Assembly (NCBI GenBank): GCA_964016885.1
Contig: OZ024757.1
Coordinates: forward strand, 29,946,001 to 30,010,000
Length of the DNA stretch: 64,000 nucleotides
Direction of reading: 5' to 3'
DNA from: Eledone cirrhosa
Lineage: Eukaryota
A program made the translations under genes and the position numbers. Of this stretch, positions 46,075 through 61,416 are shown in pieces; the first letter of the stretch is position 1, and each line of letters opens with the position of its first letter. A model generated the notes under the pieces. The model ran no database searches. It was not told the origin of the DNA and was given only the letters and a program-made list of their open reading frames with translations.

Positions 46075-46125
<51 letters not shown>

Positions 46126-46126
46126 G

Positions 46127-46167
<41 letters not shown>

Positions 46168-46168
46168 G

Positions 46169-46218
<50 letters not shown>

Positions 46219-46340
46219 TATGGTATATATATTTATGTGTGTATGTATGTGTATATATATATATATGTATACATATATATGTGCATGTATATATATATTT
46301 ATATATGTATGTGTGTGTGTGTATGTGTGTGTGTGTGTAT
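45346..46340. repeat. (AT)n/(ATGT)/(ATCT) compound array
   Basis: Seen directly. Confidence 0.95.
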
Positions 46341-46657
46341 TCTTACATAACGCTACCACTAACATCAAAATAAATGAATTAAAGCTAAACTACTAGAGAC
46401 GCTATACAAAATGGTTATGAAAGCATACAATGTAAACACATAAAAAACAAACTAAATCACGAAAACCGAAATAAGAACCCAAACAAAAAATAAAACTTAA
46501 ATCAAAACACTAACATTTCGTGAAATTTCCCTATTCTGTCTTTCCCTTTGTTTTCCCTTTTTTATTTCTTATTACTAAATAAGGTTGGTCTTTCGCTTTT
46601 AAATAATTTCAGATATTTGCAGACTGTTGTTACCATAAAAATGTTATTTACATAAAT

Positions 46658-47010
46658 AATTGTTTCCACTTTTGGCACAAGGCCAGCAATTACCCCAGTG
46701 CATTACTCGAACTTTACTTTATCGACCCCGCAAGGATGAAAAGCAAAGTTAACCTCGGCAGGATTTGAACTCAGAATGGAAAGGGCCGTAACTCTATGTG
46801 TCGAAGCATGGCGTTCGACCCACTACCGATGCTGCCAATCAACCGCCATATTTAAATAAATAATGGTTTCTGATTTAGGCACATCACCAACAATTCGGGG
46901 AATGGGAAAGTCGATTAAATCGACCCAGTGCGTTACTGTTACTTTATTTCATGGACATTGTAAGGATGAAAGGCAAAGCTAACCTCGCAGAATTTGAACT
47001 CAGATTTGAA
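46658..47010 (-). mobile_element. Two tandem tRNA-derived SINE copies
   Basis: Full copy 46658-46848 and a head-truncated copy 46862-47010, with the same core as above. Confidence 0.87.
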
Positions 47011-47062
47011 CTAGCAAATTTACCGTGTTACTGATGATAATGTTTAAAAAAAACTACCCATT

Positions 47063-47307
47063 CTAGGGCGGGTAAAATTCCCGAGATCCATGGACGAGTT
47101 CTCTCCAGCGGTCTCTGTCCCTCATTATCGCTGCCATGTCCTGCGTCTCCAACAGACTAGTGTCTGTCCTTAGGGCATCAACATACGTTAACCTTGGTCT
47201 TCCTCTTCCAGTGTGTCCATGTAGGGGCTCCCACAGTAGCACTGAGTGCAATGTCAACTCTGGATGCCGGTGAGCATGTCCAGCTAACCTCAGTCTCCTC
47301 TGTGTCA
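47063..47307 (-). mobile_element. RTE-clade LINE 3' end, copy 2
   Basis: Nearly identical to 93-337; I count about 6 substitutions in about 245 bp. Confidence 0.9.
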
Positions 47308-48027
47308 ATGTATTCATTTATATAGATATATATGTATGAGTGAGTATATATATATATATATATATTTGTATACATATGTATAATATAATATATGTGTATG
47401 TGTATATATATATATATATATATTAAATTTCTCAAATATTTCAATGTATTACCTCATGCGCTTTGTTATTCGCAAAATTCTTGCGATTGTTTAATCTATT
47501 ATATCATCATCATCATTTATATATTTATATATATAGCGTAGTTGTTGGTAGTTTAAAAATTGCGTTTGTTTGTTTTTTTTAATTTTTTTTTCTTGTTAAG
47601 CGTGTATACTTCAAAAATTCCTTACGTTCGAAGTACCCACGTAATAACTATAGGACACATATTATTCAGAATGCGCAATTTCTGTCAGAATTATAGACTA
47701 GCACATAATCTTCTTCGACCCCACGAAGTACCCTCTAGATAGTTGAACAACAACAACAGTAATAACAACATATCTTTCTAGATACAAATCAAAAAATTAA
47801 ACAAAATACAGTCGTGTACAACATTTCTTTGATCATAGTTCCACTCTATTGCGAGATACCTAGGGATAACTAATACCACAACTGACAACAACAACCATCA
47901 CACGAAAACCCAATACGAACCAACGAGAAAGCTTCCATATGAATATTTGATCTGGTTGAACGTTGTAGCATCACATGTCTCCCGTCCATCTTATCATACT
48001 CGGCTCTCTTGGGCACATCGGGATAAG

Positions 48028-49035
48028 CAACACCTCCACCACCACCAACAACATCAACAACACTACCTCCACCACCAACATCAACAACACTACCACCACT
48101 ACCACCACTACCACCACCAACAACACTACCAACAACAACACCACCAACAACACTACCACCACCAACAACAACACCAACAACACTACCACCACCAACAACA
48201 ACTTCACCACCAACATCACTACTACCAACAACACTACCACGAACAACATCACCACCACCAACAACACTACCACCACTACCTCCACCACCAACATCAACAA
48301 CACTACCACCACTACCACCACCAACAACACTACCACCACTACCACCACCAACAACACTACCACCACTACCAACAACACTACCACCACCAACAACAACACC
48401 ACCACCACCAACAACACCACCAACAACACTACCTCCACCAACAACAACACCAACAACACTACCACCACCACCACCAACAACAACTTCACCACCAACATCA
48501 CTACTACCAACAACACTACCACGAACAACATCACCACCACCAACAACACTACCACCAACAACAACAACAACACCTCCACCACCAACAACACTACCACCAA
48601 CATCACCACCAACAACACTACCACCAACAAAAACAACAACACTACCGCCAATAAAACTACCAACAACAACAACAACACCTCCACCACCAACAACACTACC
48701 ACCAACATCACCACCAACAACACTACCACCAACAAAAACAACAACACTACCGCCAATAAAACTACCAACAACAACAACAACATCAACAACACTACCACCA
48801 ACAACATCACCACCACCAACAAAACTACCACCACCACCACCACCAAAACTACCACCACCCCACCAACAACAACAACTCCACCACCAACATCAACAACACT
48901 ACCACCAACAACATCACCACCACCAAAACTACCAACAACAACAACAACAACAAAAACACTACCACCACAACCAACATCAACAACACTACCACCATCACCA
49001 CCAACAACAACAACGACACCAACACCAACGACACA
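48028..49035. repeat. Degenerate (ACC/AAC/ACT)n array with internal duplications
   Basis: Seen directly; open in several frames (T/N-rich, H/Q-rich, V/L-rich). Confidence 0.9.
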
Positions 49036-49334
49036 AAAGCCCTACACATGTGTATCTTATCAGATTCTGCAATCTTGGACAACATACTAGGAGATACCAA
49101 TATGAAAGTAAATAAAATAAACGATGTGGTCACGATAGAAATGGCTTTGATCATAGGTCTTCTAGATCAACAGTAACAACATTGAGGTCGACAATAACAA
49201 CCATCACTATTAATACTATTACTACTACAATAGAAATAACAATATCAGCGTTTTCTATCTAGATCTATCGAATACTCTATACAAACTAATACATATGGTA
49301 GTTAAAATAAAAAGTTATCTTTTTGCTGCCAATG

Positions 49335-51116
<1,782 letters not shown>

Positions 51117-51118
<2 letters not shown>

Positions 51119-51472
51119 TGTTATACTTTGGGAGGGTCATGTTGCCAATAAGAAAGACACGCACCAGTTGCTTTCACTTCAATTTATTATATATTTATAA
51201 ATTTATAAATTTCTGGTTGGTTTGTTGGTTCCACAACCAGATAGTTGTTTATATATAGTCATAGTTCTTTCGTCACACACTCTGTGACCTCTTCAGTGAC
51301 TGGGGAGTGACTGGGGATTCCTTTCTTTGTTTCTGTGCCTCTCCTTTATTCTGTCCTACGCCAACTGGTGCGTGTGTTTCTTATTGGCAACATGACCCTC
51401 CCAAAGTATAACAATTTCAGTTTCAACACATGATTTCAGATAAAGAATCTTGCTAAACAAATTCAGAAACGA
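51117..51472 (-). mobile_element. Family A TIR element, copy 2, with the best-preserved hammerhead
   Basis: 54-bp IR 51117-51170 / 51362-51415 (1 mismatch). The right arm continues to 51472 and matches 2251-2297. Embedded in (AT)n. Confidence 0.8.
51257..51301 (-). ncRNA. Minimal type I hammerhead ribozyme motif
   Basis: AGUCA CUGAAGA g GUCAC-agagugu-GUGAC GAAA gaac UA UGACU: 5-bp stem I, 5-bp stem II, minimal stem III, intact core. Confidence 0.65.
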
Positions 51473-51540
51473 AATATATATATATATATATATATATGCT
51501 TTTATATATATATATATTTATATATATATATATATGCTTT

Positions 51541-51571
<31 letters not shown>

Positions 51572-51639
51572 ATATATATGCTTTTATATATATATATATG
51601 CTTTTATATATATATATATGCTTTTATATATATAATATA

Positions 51640-51678
<39 letters not shown>

Positions 51679-51681
51679 TTT

Positions 51682-51712
<31 letters not shown>

Positions 51713-51725
51713 ATATATATGCTTT

Positions 51726-51756
<31 letters not shown>

Positions 51757-51769
51757 ATATATATGCTTT

Positions 51770-51800
<31 letters not shown>

Positions 51801-51809
51801 ATATGCTTT

Positions 51810-51840
<31 letters not shown>

Positions 51841-51901
51841 ATATGCTTTTATATATATATATATTTATATATATATATATATGCTTTTATATATATATAT
51901 T

Positions 51902-52006
<105 letters not shown>

Positions 52007-52025
52007 TTATATATATATTTATATT

Positions 52026-52102
<77 letters not shown>

Positions 52103-52141
52103 ATATTTATTTATATATATATATATGCTTTTATATATATA

Positions 52142-52180
<39 letters not shown>

Positions 52181-52183
<3 letters not shown>

Positions 52184-52292
52184 GGAACCAGTAAGACCCC
52201 GACAGCTGAGCTCAAGCCGTTTCGACGGCTAATTCTAGAATTAGCCGTCGAAACGGCTTGAGCTCAGCTGTCGGGGTCTTACTGGTTCCTAT
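52181..52292. repeat. Perfect 112-bp palindrome with no spacer, containing a hammerhead 3' half (family H)
   Basis: ataggaaccagtaagaccccgacagctgagctcaagccgtttcgacggctaattct|agaattagccgtcgaaacggcttgagctcagctgtcggggtcttactggttcctat, centre 52236/52237. Confidence 0.95.
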
Positions 52293-52373
52293 TACCCACT
52301 CTACTACCTCAAGTATTGAGTACTTTGGTGCGTTATGGTCCACCTGGTTCCTTACCACATTTCCTTCGTTATC

Positions 52374-52404
<31 letters not shown>

Positions 52405-52458
52405 TTATTTATATATATATATTTATATATATATTTATATTTATTTATATATATATAT

Positions 52459-52489
<31 letters not shown>

Positions 52490-52695
52490 ATATTTATTTA
52501 TATATATATATTTATTTATATATATATATTTATTTATATATATATATTTATTTATATATATATATTTATATACATATATATATTTATTTATATATATAAT
52601 TTATTTATATATATATATTTATTTATATATATATATTTATTTATATATATATATTTATTTATATATATATATTTATTTATATATATATATTTATT

Positions 52696-52753
<58 letters not shown>

Positions 52754-52809
52754 TATTTATATATATATATTTATTTATATATATATATTTATTTATATAT
52801 ATATATAAA

Positions 52810-52862
<53 letters not shown>

Positions 52863-52909
52863 GCATATATATATATATATATAAATATATATATATAATT
52901 GTATATAAG

Positions 52910-52951
<42 letters not shown>

Positions 52952-53534
52952 TATATAAGTATATATATAAAATATATATATATATATATATATATAATTA
53001 TATATAAATATATATATATATATATATAATTGTATATAAGTATATATAATTATATATATATATAATGTGGGTAGTATTAAATATTATTCAATTACAAGTA
53101 TGAGAATAGCTCAATGTAAAATAATTATAAAGTATAAATATATATATATATAAGAGTGAGAGAGGGGTATATTATTAGTATTATTACTATATTCCCACGT
53201 AGATATCTTAATTGTTTTTTTCCACGTAAGCTGTTCTTTTTGTTTTTTATTACATATCTCTAGCGATCTTCTTTCGTGTATAATAATTCTTTTACTGCTC
53301 TCTCTCTCTCTCTCTCTTCATCCCACTCCGTCTCTCTCTCACTCACACACACACACACAATATCTCTCTCTCTCTCACACACATTATCTCATATCACTTT
53401 CTTCTCTTCTGTTCAATTCTGTTTATTTTTTGTTTCATCTCGCCTACCAATATATATATATATATATATTTTGTGTGTTTGTTTCATCAAATAAAAGCTT
53501 ATCAGTGTGTATATATGATGTGACTGATGGCTTA

Positions 53535-53750
53535 ACATTATATAATTGTTTCTACTTTTGGCACAAGGCACCAATTTATCCCAGTGCATTACTGGTACTT
53601 TATTTTATCGACCCCGTAAGGATGAAAGGCAAAGTTAAGTCGAGGTTAACTTTGCCTTTCATCCTTACGGGGTCGATAAAATAAAGTACCAGTAATGCAC
53701 TGGATAATTGTTGGCCTTGTGCCAAAAAAGTAGAAACAATTATATAATGT
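53535..53750. mobile_element. Head-to-head fused SINE 3' halves forming an approx. 105-bp fold-back
   Basis: Arms 53535-53638 and 53646-53750 with loop gtcgagg; the inner about 58 bp are perfectly complementary. Confidence 0.92.
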
Positions 53751-53877
53751 GCCACATAGGAATAGCATGCCATGAGGTAAGCGGGAAGATGGTGTATGTA
53801 AAGTTATCGGAGTGAAAACCTTGATAAGATATGCTCTTATGCTCATTTATTACAGCAACATCAGAAACATCAACATA

Positions 53878-54400
53878 TGATAATTATCATCACGATCGTA
53901 GTCATGATTGTCATCATTATCATCATCATCATTATCATCACCATCACCATCATGATAATCATCACCATCATGATAATCATCACCATCATCGTGATAATCA
54001 TCATCATCACCATATTCTAATCATCATCATGATCGTGGTCATGATTGTCATCATTATCTTCATCATAATCATCATCATAAGCATCATCATCATCACCATA
54101 TCATAATCATCATCACGATCATGCTCATGATTGTCATCATTATCTTCATCATAATCATCATCATAAGCATCATCATCATCACCATCACGATCATGGTGAT
54201 GATTCTCATCATTATCATCTTCATAATCATCATAATCATCACCATCATCGTGATAATCATCATCATCATCACCATATCCTAATCGTCATCACGATCATGG
54301 TCAAGATTGTCATCATTATCTTCATCATAATCATCATCATAACCATCATCATAACCATCATCACCATTATCACTATCATATTATCACGATTGCCATCATT
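53878..54400. repeat. Degenerate (ATC)n array with higher-order repeats
   Basis: Seen directly. Confidence 0.93.
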
Positions 54401-54659
54401 ATTTTGGTTTCAGAAAACACCAGAGAGGGATAGGGAGAAAGAGATAGTGTTTGTGAGAGTAGATTGAAAGAGAGACATAGCGAGAAGAAGGGGAATGGAA
54501 GAGAGAGAGAGCTGGTGGTGGTGTTGTGTGTATATATATGTGTGTGTGTGTGTGCGTGTGCGTGTGCGTGTGCGTGTGCGTGTGCGTGTGCGTGTGTGTG
54601 TATGTGTGTGTGTGTCTGTGACCTGTGTATATAGATCACGAACACCCTCATATATATAT

Positions 54660-54699
<40 letters not shown>

Positions 54700-54755
54700 A
54701 TACACACACACATATATATATATACACACACACACGTTTCATTTCACATTATTTA

Positions 54756-55595
54756 CAACCACACAACATTAGATATATCAGCGATACTATTATCACTACT
54801 ACCACATAACTACTACCACCTCACCACAACCCCACAACATTAGATATATCAACGATACTATTATCACTACTACCACCCCTCACCACGACCGCACAACATT
54901 AGATATATCAGCGATACTATTATCACTACTACCACATAACTACTACCACCTCACCACAACCCCACAACATTAGATATATCAACGATACTATTATCACTAC
55001 TACCACCTCACCACAACCCCCAACATTAGATATATCAGCGATACTATTATCACTACTACCACATAACTACTACCACCTCACCACAACCCCACAACATTAG
55101 ATATATCAACGATATTATTATCACTACTACCACATAACTACTACCACCTCACCACAACCCCACAACATTAGATATATCAACGATACTATTATCACTACTA
55201 CCACCTCACCACAACCCCACAACATTAGATATATCAACGATACTATTATCACTACTACCACATAACTACTACCACCTCACCACAACCCAACAACATTAGA
55301 TATATCAGCGATACTATTATCACTACTACCACATAACTACTACCACCTCACCACAACATTAGATATATCAGCGATATTATTATCACTACGACCACACCAC
55401 AACACCACATGGACCAATATCACTACTACCACCTCACCACAACATTACATATATCAGCGATATTATTATCACTACGACCACACCACAACAGCACATGGAC
55501 CAATATCACTACTACCACCTCACCACAACATTAGATATATCAGCGATACTATTATCACTATGACCACATAAATACTACCACAACAGATATATCAG
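54756..55595. repeat. Minisatellite, about 12-13 copies of a 57-86 bp modular unit
   Basis: Core caacattagatatatca(g/a)cgatactattatcactactaccac with an optional ataactactaccac module. Confidence 0.93.
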
Positions 55596-55826
55596 TGAAC
55601 CTACTCAACAATTAATAACATGTCATGAGGCCGTTTCCGACAATATTTCCGCCGATAAAGTCTTTTGAACGTCTTTTGAACTAAAACCATAAACTCCTGT
55701 TCACTGCCAGCATTTATGCATAAACACCAATTTTCACGGCATACCGCTTTCTTTCATATCGAAAATTCTACTGAAGCATAATCAAGCCCGCCATTGGCTC
55801 ATAGTAATTATATGTCTCTCTCTCTC

Positions 55827-57121
<1,295 letters not shown>

Positions 57122-57125
<4 letters not shown>

Positions 57126-57264
57126 TGTCTTTCTCTCTCAATCTTTCATATATACATACGTATATATATGTATGTATATATAAATATGTATATGTATGTA
57201 CGTATATGTATAAATATATAAATATATATATATATATGTGTGTGCCTATGTATATATATGTATG

Positions 57265-57323
<59 letters not shown>

Positions 57324-57760
57324 CTTTCTCTCTCTCTCTCTCTCTCTATCTATCTTTCATATATACATACGCATATATATGTATGTATATATAAATATGT
57401 ATATGTATGTACGTATATGTATAAATATATATATATATGTGTGTGTGCGTATGTATATGTATGTATGTATGTATATGTATATATATATATATATATATGT
57501 GTCTTTCTCTCTCTCTCTATCTATCTTTCATATATACATACGCATATATATGTATGTATATATAAATATGTATATGTATGTACGTATATGTATAAATATA
57601 TATATATATGTGTGTGTGCGTATGTATATATATGTATGTACATGTATATATATATATATATATATGTGTGTCTTTCTCTCTCGCTCAATCTTTCATATAT
57701 ACATACGCATATATATGTATGTATATATAAATATGTATATGTATGTACGTATATGTATAA

Positions 57761-57793
<33 letters not shown>

Positions 57794-57830
57794 CGTATGT
57801 ATATATATGTATGTATGTATATGTATATAT
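57122..57830. repeat. 4 copies of a 160-200 bp higher-order unit assembled from microsatellites
   Basis: atctttcatatatacatacg...taaatatgtatatgtatgtacgtatatgtataaat at about 57141, 57352, 57523 and 57688. Confidence 0.88.
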
Positions 57831-58004
57831 ATATATGTGTGTATATATATGTATGTACGTATATGTATGAATATATGTGTGTGCGCGTGTGTGTATATGT
57901 ATATATATATATGTGTGTGTGTGTTTGTATATGTATATATATATGTATATGCGTGTGTATGTATATGTACATATATATATATACATATATATACATATAC
58001 ATAC

Positions 58005-58064
<60 letters not shown>

Positions 58065-58352
58065 TTATTGACTGTATTTATTTCATTATTTATTTATTCA
58101 TCATTCATATAACAGTTGTTTCATTTTTCCATGTATCATACTGTCATTAGCTTTGCGATCCAAGCACGCAACAGTCGAAAATATCGTTTGAACATTAAGC
58201 TAAATGTTCATACGCATATATGTGAGTTTGTATATATGCTTGTATGTAAGTACGTATGTATCTCTCTATATATATCTATCTATCTCACTCTCTCTCTCAG
58301 TCTTTCTGTCTGTATGATATGATGTATGTATGTATGTATGTATGTATGTATG

Positions 58353-58860
58353 TTGTTCTGTTTTTATAATTTCACAAATTTTTGCCAATAGAGAGAGTCG
58401 GTTTCTAACAGATACAAGACTCTCTCATTGGAATTTACACAACATCAACTAAGTAGATATGTCTGCATTCATGCATGTGTGTGTGCAGGTATGGATGTTA
58501 TTGTATGTGTGGATGTGGATGTTTTGAGTTGTATGTGTACATGTGCATATGCTTTGTATCTGTACATGTGTATATGCAGTTATTAGTTGCAGAATTTTTG
58601 GAATGTTTTACATATTTTTACTGTTCAATTAATGGATTGTATTTGTAATTTCCTAACTAGTCGTGTTCTTTCTGTTTCTGTGAAACCCAGCTTCTCAAGA
58701 TATGTATTGAGGCAGTTACTAACATATCCCAGAGCCCCAATAATTACAGGCATAAATCTGAAGGTATAGTCAGGGTGGAGTATCTGCAGATTTCTCGTTA
58801 GTTCTGCATAGATATTCTCCTGTCCGCTAATCTTTGATATTATATTGGCATCTGCTGGGC
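58353..58860 (-). mobile_element. R4/Dong-type non-LTR retrotransposon 3' end, copy 1 (RLE C-terminus + 3' UTR)
   Basis: About 58520-58860 is the reverse complement of about 60990-61327. Flanked on both sides by (TATG)n. The 3' UTR has a stem-loop at 58385-58431. Confidence 0.85.
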
Positions 58861-58861
58861 G

Positions 58862-58895
<34 letters not shown>

Positions 58896-59597
58896 TGTAT
58901 GTATGTATGTATGTATGTACGTACGGATGTACGTACGTATGTACGTGTGTACGTGTGTGCGTGTGCGTGTGCGTGTGTGTGTGTGTGTCTGGGGTCGATT
59001 TAATCAACTTTCACCTCTCCCCAAAATTGTGGGTCTTGTGCGAAGATCAGACATTATATATATATATATATATCAGTATAAGTTCTACTCAGAAATTTTT
59101 AGACAACTAAACGAAGTCTGTAGTCAACGAACATGTTTGAGGCAAATATCCTGATAATTTTGTCTATTTTAAAACGGCTAATATTAGTTCCATAGATGGT
59201 AATTCTTTTAACTTGATTATATCCTAACAGCGTTGACAAGTCATTATGGTGGTTTCTATTTTTCGGTGTGATTTCGATTTTATTTATAGTAATTTCAATC
59301 AGAACTGTAATCAGTCCAACGGTTTAAAGTATCTATTTCGTCATAGAGTCATCTAGTATTTATCGATTTACATTATAAACACATTGAATAAATTTAACGA
59401 ATAGCTACGGTAACCATTGGGCCGTAAGCCGTATGGGATTTTCTGAATGGTATGCTAGGATAGGATGAAGCTATCTTGAAATACAGCCACGTTTCAAATG
59501 GTTTAAATCACAAAGACATTTAATCATTTCTAATAACGAAAACTGAATAATTTCTCCGTCGTCCAAGCTGCAACAAACAACGACATATATGCACAAG

Positions 59598-60110
59598 CAC
59601 ACATACACTACACATATATGAATTGCGCACATACATACACCAGACTCACAAACACACCACATACACTACACACACCAAATACCCCACATACATACACCAC
59701 ACGTATATGAATAACGCACACACATACACCAGACTCACAAACACACCACATACACTACACACACCAAATACTCCACATACATACACCACACGTATATGAA
59801 TAACGCACACACATACACCAGACTCACAAACACACCACATACACTACACACACCAAATACCCCACATACATACACCACACGTATATGAATAACGCACACA
59901 CATACACCAGACTCACAAACACACCACATACACTACACACACCAAATACCCCACATACATACACCACACGTATATGAATAACGCACACACATACACCAGA
60001 CTCACAAACACACCACATACACTACACACACCAAATACTCCACATACATACACCACACGTATATGAATCGCGCACACACATACACTAGACTCACAAACAC
60101 ACCACATACA
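59598..60110. repeat. 89-bp minisatellite, about 5.5-6 copies
   Basis: The period of 89 is visible in the sequence and in the ORF track (59646, 59735, 59824, 59913, 60002). Confidence 0.95.
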
Positions 60111-60239
60111 CACATACTGTACATTACACACACCATATACCCCACACACATTACGCATACATACACCATACTCCAACGCCACCCCCCCCCCCCCCCCACC
60201 ACCACCACCACCCCCACACACATACATAGACATGGTGGA

Positions 60240-60450
60240 CATCTACGTTCTCAGTTCAAATCCTGCCCAAGTCAACTCTACCTTTCATCCTTCTATGGTT
60301 GATAAAATAACATACCAGTCACGTCCTGGGCCGATATAATCGACTGCCCCTCTCCACAAATTACTGGCCTCGTGTCTAAATTAGAAACCATTATATTTCG
60401 GTGGCGAATTGGCAGCGTCGTTAGAACGTTGGCGAGAATGCTTTACGGTA
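60240..60450 (+). mobile_element. tRNA-derived SINE (B box to tail) followed by the head of another copy
   Basis: cagttcaaatcc, cctttcatccttc, ggcctcgtgtctaaattagaaacc, then ggtggcgaattggcagcgtcgttagaacg. Confidence 0.75.
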
Positions 60451-60807
60451 TTGTTTTTTTTTTTGTTTTGTTTTGTTTTGTTTATTTCACCTGGGAGTGA
60501 AAAGCCCTGTTGTTGTCACAACACCTTTCTATGAGAGGGAAATTCTGAAAAGACAAACCTGAGGCTTCGGAATCATCCGATGCTGTTGACCAGTTCTCCT
60601 TTTCGGGTAGTGTTTTCGATACTCAGAGAATGGGATTGGTCAAATGCAAGGCCTTTCCCCACTTAAAAAAACCTTCAAAGCACAGACATTGCTTGTTCAG
60701 GATCTGTTACAGGTTCGTATGGCTGGTCGTAGCCTAAAATTGCACCATTTTCTGTAATCTGACAAGTGATTGCAATACTCTTAGCAGAGTTTGCAGCCAT
60801 CATTCGT

Positions 60808-60884
60808 TTCAGTTCTCTGAGTTCAAATCCCACTGAGGTCAACTTTGTCTTTCTTCCATTTAAGGATGATAAAAAAAGTACCAG
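60808..60884 (+). mobile_element. SINE fragment joined directly to the R4/Dong fragment
   Basis: gagttcaaatccc...gaggtcaactttgtctttc...aagtaccag|tggaat. Confidence 0.75.
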
Positions 60885-61330
60885 TGGAATGTTCCAGTAA
60901 AAACCCCAATAAAATGCAGGCATAACAGACCAGATATAATTATATGGGACAGGGAAAAGAAGGTATGCACAGTAGTGGAAGTTAGCTGGCCAGCAGATGC
61001 CAATATAATATCAAAGATGAGCGAAAAGGAGAATATTTATGCAGAACTAATGAGAAATCTACAGATACTCCACCCTGACTATACCTTCAGATTTATGCCT
61101 GTGATTATTGGGGGACTGTGATATGTGAGTAACTGTCTCAATACAAACCTTGAGAAGCTGGGATTCACAGAAACAGAAAGAACACGACTAGTTAGGAAAT
61201 TACAAGTACAATCCATTAATGGAACAGTACAAATATGTAAAACATTCCAATGATTTTGTATCTAATAACTGCATATACACATGTACAGATACAAAGCGTA
61301 TACACATGCACACATATAACTCAAAACATA
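60885..61330 (+). mobile_element. R4/Dong-type non-LTR retrotransposon 3' end, copy 2 (restriction-like endonuclease domain)
   Basis: WNVPVKTPIKCRHNRPDIIIWDREKKVCTVVEVSWPADANIISKMSEKENIYAEL...PVIIGGL*Y...ICKTFQ* shows the HNRPDI...E...P...K..Y..L RLE signature. There is one in-frame stop where copy 1 has Gly. It is absent from the ORF track. Confidence 0.88.
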
Positions 61331-61353
61331 CATACATACATACATACATACAT

Positions 61354-61416
61354 ATTTCGGTCAATATTTTCTCCAATCGCCTTCAGGCGATAATTATTGA
61401 CAATGTTTCATTGGTC
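61354..61416 (-). ncRNA. Hammerhead-like motif, family I copy 2 (degenerate)
   Basis: Homologous to 28073-28135. Minus strand CUGAAGG c gauugg-agaaaaua-uugacc GAAA uaug. Confidence 0.35.

Noticed and set aside
53831-54400. His-rich or Met/Ile-rich ORFs
   Set aside because: Translations of the (ATC)n array.
54756-55595. CRISPR-like look of regularly spaced repeats (also 59598-60110)
   Set aside because: The intervening segments are themselves repeated rather than unique spacers, the context is eukaryotic, and there are no cas genes.
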